A stretch of DNA of 64,000 nucleotides from Acidimicrobiia bacterium (GTDB lineage Bacteria > Actinomycetota > Acidimicrobiia > Spongiisociales > UBA5794). The notes beneath the pieces are model-generated. The model made no database searches. It saw nothing but the letters and a program-made list of their open reading frames with translations, and was not told the DNA's origin. The translations under genes and the position numbers were made by a program. Shown one piece after another: positions 11,257 to 18,816 of the stretch. Location: positions 20,923-84,922 of the forward strand of contig JASJAS010000001.1 of assembly GCA_030066875.1 (NCBI GenBank), in the 5' to 3' direction. Within the stretch, counting starts at the first letter, position 1, and each line of letters begins with the position of its first letter.

Positions 11257-11859
11257 CTATCCCTGGTGCCAGCTCTCCGCCGCATAGTGGCGTTTCGCCT
11301 GCCGCCATTCCCGGTCCAGCAGTCCCCATACGGTGTGGTCCAGCCAGCGGGTGCCAACCTTGACCTCGTCGCGCAAGGTTCCTTCTTTGAGGAAGCCGAG
11401 CTTCTGCACGATCCGCTCGGAGGCGACGTTTCCGACGGCGATCCGGGTGACAACACGATGCATCTGGAGTTCGTCGAACGCAATCTGGAGGGCGCGTGCA
11501 GTTGCCTCGGTTCCGATGCCCTGATTGGTCACATCGCTGCGAATCCAATAGCCGATTTCTCCAACGAGGTTCGCTTTGGAGGTGTACCACACCGAAACGT
11601 TTCCCAGATGGCGGTCCTCGTCGTCCTTCGCCCTGATCGCAAAATCGAATGCTCGACCGCTGGCCCAGGCTCCGATGGAATCCTTGATGAACTGGGAGGT
11701 CACGCTGCGCTGATAGCCGATGGCCCACGGCAGGTACTCGGCTAGATCGGGCAGCGAAGCCCGCACCGCCTCGTGGACGGGACCTGTGTCCTTGCGTCTG
11801 AAGGGGCGGAGTATCAAGCGTTCTGAGAGGCGTGGCTCATGGCCGAGTAGGTGTGCCAT
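11257..11859 (-). CDS. GNAT family N-acetyltransferase (RimJ/RimL-like)
   Basis: The length and motif layout are RimJ-like, e.g. 'LILRPFRRKD...' and 'QGIGTEATRALQIAFDEL'. Confidence 0.7.
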   Translation of the reverse strand: MAHLLGHEPRLSERLILRPFRRKDTGPVHEAVRASLPDLAEYLPWAIGYQRSVTSQFIKDSIGAWASGRAFDFAIRAKDDEDRHLGNVSVWYTSKANLVGEIGYWIRSDVTNQGIGTEATARALQIAFDELQMHRVVTRIAVGNVASERIVQKLGFLKEGTLRDEVKVGTRWLDHTVWGLLDREWRQAKRHYAAESWHQG

Positions 11860-11897
11860 CGTCCGCAGCTTATCCCGCTATCGCGTAAGGTGCTGCG

Positions 11898-12446
11898 GTG
11901 CTCGACATTTGGACCACTCTTGAGGCATTGGGCCCGGTCCAGTACCCAGCGGAGGCTAGGGCGGCGGTATTGGTACCGGTGTATCGCGATGCACGGGATC
12001 GGGTACGGGTGATCCTCACCCGTCGCCCCGATCACATGCGTACCCATCCGGGGGACATTGTCTTTCCCGGTGGGCGTCTCGAGCCCGGGGAGGGGCCTGA
12101 GGAAACCGCTAAGCGTGAAGCCTGCGAGGAGATTGGCCTCCCCGAAGACGGAGTGGACATCATCGGTGGACTGACCCCCATCACAACCAGAGATCCCGGC
12201 AATCTGATCGTTCCTGTCGTCGCCAAGGTGCGACGCCCAGCGGAGTTCGTACTCCAAGAGGAGGAGGTCTCAGCGGTGATCGAGCCTGCAGTGGTCGATC
12301 TCCTCGACGACAGCGCCTGGCGTACTTCAGATTGGTTCGGTCGAACGCTCTGGTTCTATGAGTTCGAGGAAGGGATCATGTGGGGCGCTACCGCCTTCAT
12401 GATGCGTGAGTTTCTCGAGATCATTCGGGACGGCGGTCAGCGCTAG
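11898..12446 (+). CDS. NUDIX hydrolase (CoA pyrophosphatase-like)
   Basis: It carries the Nudix box 'GGRLEPGEGPEETAKREACEEIGL'. Confidence 0.75.
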   Translation: MLDIWTTLEALGPVQYPAEARAAVLVPVYRDARDRVRVILTRRPDHMRTHPGDIVFPGGRLEPGEGPEETAKREACEEIGLPEDGVDIIGGLTPITTRDPGNLIVPVVAKVRRPAEFVLQEEEVSAVIEPAVVDLLDDSAWRTSDWFGRTLWFYEFEEGIMWGATAFMMREFLEIIRDGGQR

Positions 12447-12802
12447 AACAGCAGCTCGGCCACCGTGTAGGCGGCGAGCGGTATCCCGATGACGATGAGC
12501 GCGACAAGCAGGACGAGAAGCTGCTTGGGCGTGAGTCCGAGAAGCATCTGGTCAATGCTCGGAGGCTTGAGATCGTCCGGCGGCTCTGCCACCAGCGGAC
12601 CCAGGACTTCGGTTGCCTCGTCGGCGACCGCGGTTAGCACCATCACTTTGTAGCCCCCGGTAACCATCTGCATCATCGGAAAGGTCCCGCCGGCGTTATC
12701 GGCGACGATGAACGCATCGATGCCAGCTTCGGCCAGCTGGGCAATCGCCAACTCTGCTTCGAGTCTCGTGTTGAGCGCGGCAACCTCGCTGGTCGGTTCC
12801 AT
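12443..12802 (-). CDS. small DUF2007-like (PII-fold 'putative signal transducing') protein with C-terminal TM helix
   Basis: 'LEAELAIAQLAEAGIDAFIV' is the DUF2007 pattern and a C-terminal TM helix follows. The start codon overlaps the decarboxylase stop as ATGA. Confidence 0.45.
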   Translation of the reverse strand: MEPTSEVAALNTRLEAELAIAQLAEAGIDAFIVADNAGGTFPMMQMVTGGYKVMVLTAVADEATEVLGPLVAEPPDDLKPPSIDQMLLGLTPKQLLVLLVALIVIGIPLAAYTVAELLF

Positions 12803-14193
12803 CAGGCCATCTCGTCGATCAGTGACCAGAGTTGGTTGACGTGACCGGCCGTTGTCCGGGTCGAACCGATGGAGATTCTCAAGGCCGCCATGTCGCCGAG
12901 GGTAGTGGGGGTGACTGCTACCTTTCCGGAGTCGTTGAGGCGCTTCGCCAGTCGTGTTGTGGCTGCATCTCCATCGACGTGGCGAATCACTATCAGCCCA
13001 AATGGGTGGGGAGCGACCAGTTCGAAGCGGCCATCGGCGGTGATCTTGGCGGCAAGGTCTTGGGCGAGACGCACATGTTCTCGGATGAAGGCCCTGATCC
13101 CCTCCGCACCGTAATGCCGCAGCACGAACCAGAGCTTCAGCGACCGGAAACGGCGACCCAGCGGCACGTGCCAGTCGCGATAGTCGATCACCTCACCCGA
13201 CAGGGTGGCTTCGTTGCGCAGATATGGCGGCAGGATGCTCATCGCGTTCAGTAGGGGCTGCCTGTCTGCGACGTAGTAGATGTTGCAGTCGAAGTTGGTC
13301 AGCATCCACTTGTGGGGGTTGAACGTGTAGCTATCGACCAGCTCGAGACCATCCTGATGGTGGCGAAACTCCGGGCAGATCATTGCCGAACCGGCATAGG
13401 CGGCGTCTACGTGGCACCACATCCCTTCACGTCGGGCGGTCTCGGCAATTGCCCTTACGGGGTCGATGGCCGTTGTTGCCGTAGTGCCGACGGTGGCACA
13501 GACAAATGCCGGCACTAGACCAGCTGCCTTGTCGGCGGCGATGGCGTCCTGTAGCGCCGCAATGTCAATTGCGAACTCGGCGTCCACGTCGATCGCCCGC
13601 ACGTGCTGGAAGCCGGCGATGCGGGCGCCCTTCTCCAGAGATGAGTGAGTCTGGTCGGATGCGTAGACGACCAGTCGGTCAACTGGTCCCGCAGCCTGCT
13701 CGCGGGCGGTCACTAGTGCTACGAGCGTCGCGTCCGAGGCGCTCATCTGGATCACGCCACCCCCCTGAGCCGTCGTCTTCCAGGCTCGCGGAAGACCGAG
13801 CAGGTCGGCCATCCAGTCGACAACGACGGTCTCGAGTTCGGTTGCCGCCGGAGAGGTGGACCAGAGCATCCCCTGTACACCGAGCCCCGCAGCCGCTATC
13901 TCGCCGAGCAGCGAGGGCCCTGAGCTGTTGGCCGGGAAGTAGGCGTACCAGTGGGGTGACTGCCAGTGGGTGATGCCGGGCATGATGATTTCGTCGAGGT
14001 CGCGCATCACTGCCTCGAATGGCTCCGGTTGTTCCGGGGCGGTGTCGGGAAGGGCTTTGCGAATCTGACCGGGGGCCACCGGCGAAGTCACAGGGAACTG
14101 CTCGATGTTCACCAGGTAGTCGGCGACCCAGTCGACCATCTCGTAACCACGTCGCCGGAACTCGTCGGGATCCATGTGCAGATCGTGATTCAC
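12802..14193 (-). CDS. PLP-dependent group II (aromatic-L-amino-acid-type) decarboxylase
   Basis: The N-terminus 'RRRGYEMVDWVADYL...' is DDC-like and the PLP-lysine region reads 'FNPHKWM'. The GTG start overlaps the S9 peptidase stop as GTGA. Confidence 0.8.
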   Translation of the reverse strand: MNHDLHMDPDEFRRRGYEMVDWVADYLVNIEQFPVTSPVAPGQIRKALPDTAPEQPEPFEAVMRDLDEIIMPGITHWQSPHWYAYFPANSSGPSLLGEIAAAGLGVQGMLWSTSPAATELETVVVDWMADLLGLPRAWKTTAQGGGVIQMSASDATLVALVTAREQAAGPVDRLVVYASDQTHSSLEKGARIAGFQHVRAIDVDAEFAIDIAALQDAIAADKAAGLVPAFVCATVGTTATTAIDPVRAIAETARREGMWCHVDAAYAGSAMICPEFRHHQDGLELVDSYTFNPHKWMLTNFDCNIYYVADRQPLLNAMSILPPYLRNEATLSGEVIDYRDWHVPLGRRFRSLKLWFVLRHYGAEGIRAFIREHVRLAQDLAAKITADGRFELVAPHPFGLIVIRHVDGDAATTRLAKRLNDSGKVAVTPTTLGDMAALRISIGSTRTTAGHVNQLWSLIDEMA

Positions 14194-16163
14194 TCTGTCG
14201 GTCCTTCCCCGAGATAGCGTTCCAGCCAGGACATCATCTCGCCGTACCAGTGGATCGAGTTGAGCGGCTTCTCGATCCAGTGACCCTCGTCCGGGTAATA
14301 GGCCAACCGCGCCTCGACCCCCTTGTGCTTGAGGGCCCCATAAAGGGTCAAGCCCTGCGTGACCACAACTCGATAGTCGAGTTCACCATGGACGACGAGT
14401 GTTGGCGTAGTCATGTTCTTGGTATGCGCCAGCGGGCTCCAGCGGAGGACGGCATCCATGCCCTCCCACGGAACCCCGCCGATTGCCACCTCTCGGCCCG
14501 CGGTGACATCGCTGGCCCATTGCCCGACCAGGTCGGTAACCCCGGCGTGGCACACCGCACACGCGTAGCGGTCGGTCTGCCCCATGATCCAGGACACGAG
14601 GTAGCCGCCGTAGGAACCGCCGATGATCGCCATCCGGTTCCGATCGATGTACCCCTCCTTGATCAGATGATCGGTGGCGGCGTCGATGTCGGCCGCCGGC
14701 TTGTCCCCCCAGGCGCCCCGGATCGATCGAGTGAATTCGTCGCCGAAGGAATCGGAGCCGTGGAAGTTGACGGAGACCACCACGTAGCCGGCGGCGGCGA
14801 ACGCCTGGGTATTCCAACGCCAGTGCCATTGTCCGCCCGACGCGTTGTGGGGCCCACCGTGAATGTTGTGGACGAGGGGCCATTCCTTGGCGGGGTCGAA
14901 CTCGGGCGGGTAGACAATGTGAGCCTGGATGGGGACGCCATCAGATCCGGCGAAGGTCAATTCGTCGACCGCGCCGAACCGCAAATCGGCCAGGGCCGTG
15001 TCGTTGAAGCCGCCGATTCGGCGCACTCCCGCGTTGTCGAGGATCGAAACCTCTGGGGGCAGCGCCGGTGTCTCCGTACGCAGCCAGATGGGGCCCGCGG
15101 TTGGGCGGGGTCCATGTGCATAGGTGCCCTGGGTCAGCTGGATAGGGGTGTCGGCTCCTGGCGGCAACTCAAAGACCGCCATGCCGCCGTCGTGAGTAGC
15201 GTGCAGTACGAGGCTTCCCTCGCCGGTGTACTCCCAGCCTCCTGCGGAGCGATCCCAATCTGGGGTCAGGGCGACATCTTCACCAGTCGTCCGGTCGTGC
15301 CTGATGAGTTCGACATGAGCGGCGTAGTAGTCCAGCTCACGCTGCACACCGTAGGTGAGATGGCGTCCATCGGGGCTGTAGCGGGGCCTTGTCTGCTGGG
15401 CCGGCAACTGTGGTGAGGGGGTCAACTGTGTTGGTGAAGAACCGTCGAGCTGCACCGTGTGTACTGCGAACTGGAACCGATCGTGCGGCTGCCCGGCGAC
15501 ATCAACGGCAAAGGCGACCTCGGATCCGTCAGGGGCTATGTCATAAGTCCAGGCCGGTTCGTCGTAGGCAATGAGGCTGTCCAAATCCGGAGTCAGGTCG
15601 GTGAGTGTGTCGGTGACTAGATCGAGGTGGAATAGATGGTGGATTTCCCCGCCGACCAGCCACCGTTTCCAGAAGCGATAGATCCGATCCTCTGTGGTCA
15701 CCGGCTCGGTCGGGGCATCGGTCCTCCTCTCGAGTTCCGTCGTCGTTTCGGCAACGCCGGGGAAGCCACGCAACAACGGAACGGCGAGAATCAATCCCGA
15801 TCCGTCAGGAAGCCACCGGGCGGCAGCCACACCGAGAGGCAGGTCCGTACGGCACTCAGCTTCACCGCCGTCGACCCTCATGATGTGCAGCTGCGGCTTG
15901 GCGTCGTCACCTGGCTTGCGCATGAAAGCAACAGCGTGTGAATCTGGCGCGAGCGCCGGGTTGGTGCTGGATGCTTGCGGGTTCGTAAGAGGACGGGATG
16001 CGCCGTCGGCCGCGACCCTCCAAAGGCGGGTGGTGCCCTCGTTCTCGTCGAGGTTGTAGCCGGTCACGGGCACGATGGCGAAGCTGCCATCGTGTGATGG
16101 TTCGGGCTGACCCACTCGGTGCAGCTTCCACAGATCGATTGCGGTGAGTGTCCTCGATTCCAT
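14190..16163 (-). CDS. S9 family serine peptidase with N-terminal beta-propeller (acylaminoacyl-peptidase/DPP-like)
   Basis: It has GGSYGG (GxSxG) and a catalytic C-terminal 'YPDEGHWI'. The N-terminal half has TolB-like propeller repeats. Confidence 0.8.
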   Translation of the reverse strand: MESRTLTAIDLWKLHRVGQPEPSHDGSFAIVPVTGYNLDENEGTTRLWRVAADGASRPLTNPQASSTNPALAPDSHAVAFMRKPGDDAKPQLHIMRVDGGEAECRTDLPLGVAAARWLPDGSGLILAVPLLRGFPGVAETTTELERRTDAPTEPVTTEDRIYRFWKRWLVGGEIHHLFHLDLVTDTLTDLTPDLDSLIAYDEPAWTYDIAPDGSEVAFAVDVAGQPHDRFQFAVHTVQLDGSSPTQLTPSPQLPAQQTRPRYSPDGRHLTYGVQRELDYYAAHVELIRHDRTTGEDVALTPDWDRSAGGWEYTGEGSLVLHATHDGGMAVFELPPGADTPIQLTQGTYAHGPRPTAGPIWLRTETPALPPEVSILDNAGVRRIGGFNDTALADLRFGAVDELTFAGSDGVPIQAHIVYPPEFDPAKEWPLVHNIHGGPHNASGGQWHWRWNTQAFAAAGYVVVSVNFHGSDSFGDEFTRSIRGAWGDKPAADIDAATDHLIKEGYIDRNRMAIIGGSYGGYLVSWIMGQTDRYACAVCHAGVTDLVGQWASDVTAGREVAIGGVPWEGMDAVLRWSPLAHTKNMTTPTLVVHGELDYRVVVTQGLTLYGALKHKGVEARLAYYPDEGHWIEKPLNSIHWYGEMMSWLERYLGEGPTE

Positions 16164-16267
16164 GTGCAGGAACTTAGCGGCAACCCCTGTTCGTAGTGCC
16201 GGCCGGCGACATGGAATCTGAGGAAAGACCCTGGACCTGGGCGAACCGGGGGAGTAGCACTAGGGGC

Positions 16268-16765
16268 ATGCCAAGACCACAGAATCGCAGTCAGCTGCTC
16301 GAGCAGATGGAACAGAACTTCGATGAGTTGTGGGAGGAGGTCGAGTCGGTCGCAGCCGAGGCCCGCCTGGCAGAGGGGGCGTGCGAGAGATGGTCGGTGA
16401 AGGACATCCTGGCTCATCTCGATGCCTGGCACGAGATGTTCCTGTTGTGGGAACGCGAGGGCGCAGCGGGGCGGCGCACAAAGATGCCGGCGCCCGGCTT
16501 CACCTGGAAGGACACGCCCGCTCTCAATGCGGCAATCTGGGAGAGAACCCGGCACGACGACTACGACGATGTTTGCAGTCGGCTCCACAGCTCGTACGGA
16601 CGAGTGCGGGCGGTCGTCGAGACGTATGGCAACGAGGATCTGTTCACCAAGCGCCGCTTCGAGTGGACGGGGTCGACGTCAGTGGGCAGCTATGCCGTCT
16701 CGGCAACATCGAGCCACTACGACTGGGCGCGGCAACTCATTCGCAAGTTCAAGAAGACCTTGTAG
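16268..16765 (+). CDS. ClbS/DfsB family (DUF1706) four-helix-bundle protein
   Basis: The 'KDILAHLDAWHEMFLLW' pattern places it in the family. The start was chosen at the ATG 'MPRPQN'. An earlier in-frame start at 16196 is possible. Confidence 0.55.
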   Translation: MPRPQNRSQLLEQMEQNFDELWEEVESVAAEARLAEGACERWSVKDILAHLDAWHEMFLLWEREGAAGRRTKMPAPGFTWKDTPALNAAIWERTRHDDYDDVCSRLHSSYGRVRAVVETYGNEDLFTKRRFEWTGSTSVGSYAVSATSSHYDWARQLIRKFKKTL

Positions 16766-16855
16766 GGGATATACCGCCGGTCGTGTGGCCACACCCAACG
16801 GTTCCGGCGGACATAGCTGCGTCATCGGGTAGGCATATCCGCCAGAAGCAGTGCG

Positions 16856-18436
16856 TCAGTCGCCGTTGCGCTTCACGTGACGGAGTAGTCCGACCACGAG
16901 CCCCTCGACCACGGCCTTCCAGGAGGCGTCGATGATGTTCTCGTGAACCCCGACGGTTCCCCAAGAGGTTTCGATGTCGGCGTGTTCGCACAGCACGCGT
17001 ACCCGGGCGCTGGTGCCGTCACTCGAATCGAGGTCGCGGACGCGGTAATCGGTGAGATGTATGTCGGCGACCTCCGGGTAGGTACGTCGCAGCGCTGCCC
17101 GCAATGCACGGTCCAGGGCGCTCACCGGCCCGTCGCCCTCCCGGGTGGTAACGACGCGTTCCCCGCCGACGTGCACCTTCACCGTGGCTTCGGCTATCAC
17201 TTCACCGCCTCGATGCTCGACATACACACGGTACGACTCGAGTTCGAAGAAATCTTGTTCCCAGCCCTGGGCCTCGCGCAGGAGCAGCTCGAACGATCCG
17301 TCGGCCGCCTCGAATTGGTACCCGAGGTGTTCGAGATCCTTGATCCTGTCGACGACGGCCTGGGCATCCTCTGCACTGAGCTCCAGTCCCTGAGCCTGGG
17401 CTTTGGCCAGCACCGTCGATCGGCCCGCCAGCTCGGAAACGACGACCCGGGTCGCATTGCCGACACTGTCGGGGCTTAGGTGCTCGTACGCATCGCTGCG
17501 GCGCGCCAAGGCGGAAGTGTGCAAGCCGGCCTTGTGGGTGAACGCCGAAGTCCCCACGTACGGGATGTGAGGGTCGAGGGTGAGGTTCACGAGGTCCGCC
17601 ACGTGATGAGAGACGGTGGTGAGCCGGGGGAGCCGATCCTCGGGGATGGTCTCGATGCCCATCTTCAGCGAGAGATTCGGAATCAATGAGCACAGGTCCG
17701 CGTTTCCGGTCCGTTCGCCGTATCCGTTGATGCATCCCTGGACCTGATAGACCCCTTCGAGGACGGCTGTGATCGAGTTGCTGACAGCCATACCGGAGTC
17801 ATTGTGAAAGTGGCAGCCGAGTGTTGCATCACCGAGGCCTTCGCCGACCTCGCCGACGATGCGCTGGACGTCATGGGAAAGAAACCCGCCGTTTGTGTCG
17901 CATAGAACGAGCCGTTCCGCTCCGGCGTCGCGGGCGGTGCGCAGTGCCGCCATGGCAAAGTCCCGGTTGGCCAGGTAGCCATCGAAAAAATGCTCTGCGT
18001 CGAAGAACACGCGGCGGCCTTGGGAGCGTAGATACTCGATGGAGTCGCCGATCATCGCCAGTGCTTCTTCATTGTCGGTACGCAAGGCGTGCTCGACGTG
18101 GTAGTCCCAGGTCTTGCCAACGAGGCAGATGACGCCGGTGTCGGCCGCCAGCAACGCTGCCAGCTGCTCGTCGTCTTCCGGTCTCACCCTTGCCCGGCGG
18201 GTTGCTCCAAACGCAACCAGCGTCGACGTTTGCAGGTCCAGTTCGGTCTTGGCCCGCTGGAAGAACTCATCGTCCTTGGGGTTTGCTCCGGGCCACCCAC
18301 CCTCGATATATGCAACGCCGAGACCGTCGAGCAACCTGGCCACCTTGAGTTTGTCGAGCGCGGTCAGCGAAATCCCCTCCTGCTGGGTGCCGTCGCGGAG
18401 GGTGGTGTCGTAGATTTCGACTGGGCGGGTACTCAT
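16856..18436 (-). CDS. cimA: citramalate synthase-like (CimA; LeuA/homocitrate synthase family with C-terminal regulatory domain)
   Basis: 'MSTRPVEIYDTTLRDGTQQEGISL...IEGGWPGANPKD' and a length of about 527 aa fit CimA. The RBS AGGAG lies 6 nt upstream of the ATG at 18436. Confidence 0.7.
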   Translation of the reverse strand: MSTRPVEIYDTTLRDGTQQEGISLTALDKLKVARLLDGLGVAYIEGGWPGANPKDDEFFQRAKTELDLQTSTLVAFGATRRARVRPEDDEQLAALLAADTGVICLVGKTWDYHVEHALRTDNEEALAMIGDSIEYLRSQGRRVFFDAEHFFDGYLANRDFAMAALRTARDAGAERLVLCDTNGGFLSHDVQRIVGEVGEGLGDATLGCHFHNDSGMAVSNSITAVLEGVYQVQGCINGYGERTGNADLCSLIPNLSLKMGIETIPEDRLPRLTTVSHHVADLVNLTLDPHIPYVGTSAFTHKAGLHTSALARRSDAYEHLSPDSVGNATRVVVSELAGRSTVLAKAQAQGLELSAEDAQAVVDRIKDLEHLGYQFEAADGSFELLLREAQGWEQDFFELESYRVYVEHRGGEVIAEATVKVHVGGERVVTTREGDGPVSALDRALRAALRRTYPEVADIHLTDYRVRDLDSSDGTSARVRVLCEHADIETSWGTVGVHENIIDASWKAVVEGLVVGLLRHVKRNGD

Positions 18437-18451
18437 CTGAGCTCCTGACAA

Positions 18452-18476
18452 GGAAAACCCCCCGCTTTGCGGAGGG
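18452..18476 (-). terminator. intrinsic terminator (attenuator) immediately upstream of cimA
   Basis: On the minus strand the sequence reads CCCUCCGC-AAA-GCGGGGGG followed by UUUUCCUU. It ends about 15 nt before the cimA RBS. Confidence 0.5.
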
Positions 18477-18512
18477 TCGAAGGGGCGCACACGCCGATAT
18501 GCGGCGCGGCGC

Positions 18513-18548
18513 CTATCTAATCGCGATGATGCCGGTGAGGCCGTTCAT
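18513..18548 (-). CDS. putative Ile-rich leader peptide MNGLTGIIAIR (attenuation control of cimA)
   Basis: An 11-codon ORF on the minus strand contains three Ile codons. A two-helix structure and then the terminator follow it. It is too short for the ORF track. Confidence 0.4.
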   Translation of the reverse strand: MNGLTGIIAIR

Positions 18549-18816
18549 GGCGGGAAGTATGGACCAGTTGACTGTCGCGGTCAAGCCCCGAGCAGATGTC
18601 CCGCCGGGACGGGACCAATAGGCCCTTTGTTGGTCCCCTTTGTCCCACTCGGGGCGGGACCAGTGACTCCGGGCCTAAGGCCCCGTCGTATGGACACATC
18701 GGCACTGTGCCCGCAGACGCTGCTCTGGCACGCTCGTATTAGCTCGACCGCATATGCGGCGAGATGAATTGTTTGGAGAACGGGTCGGATTAGGTCGGAA
18801 ACAGAGGTCGGACACT

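Noticed and set aside
14019-15416. 465-aa plus-strand ORF
   Set aside because: It is antisense to the S9 peptidase gene, whose GxSxG motif and catalytic triad are intact on the minus strand.
18754-18816. Upstream in-frame extension of the molybdoenzyme ORF (MRRDELFGERVGL...)
   Set aside because: The twin-arginine signal peptide begins at the GTG at 18817, which has a proper RBS. The extension would place 21 non-signal residues before the Tat motif.
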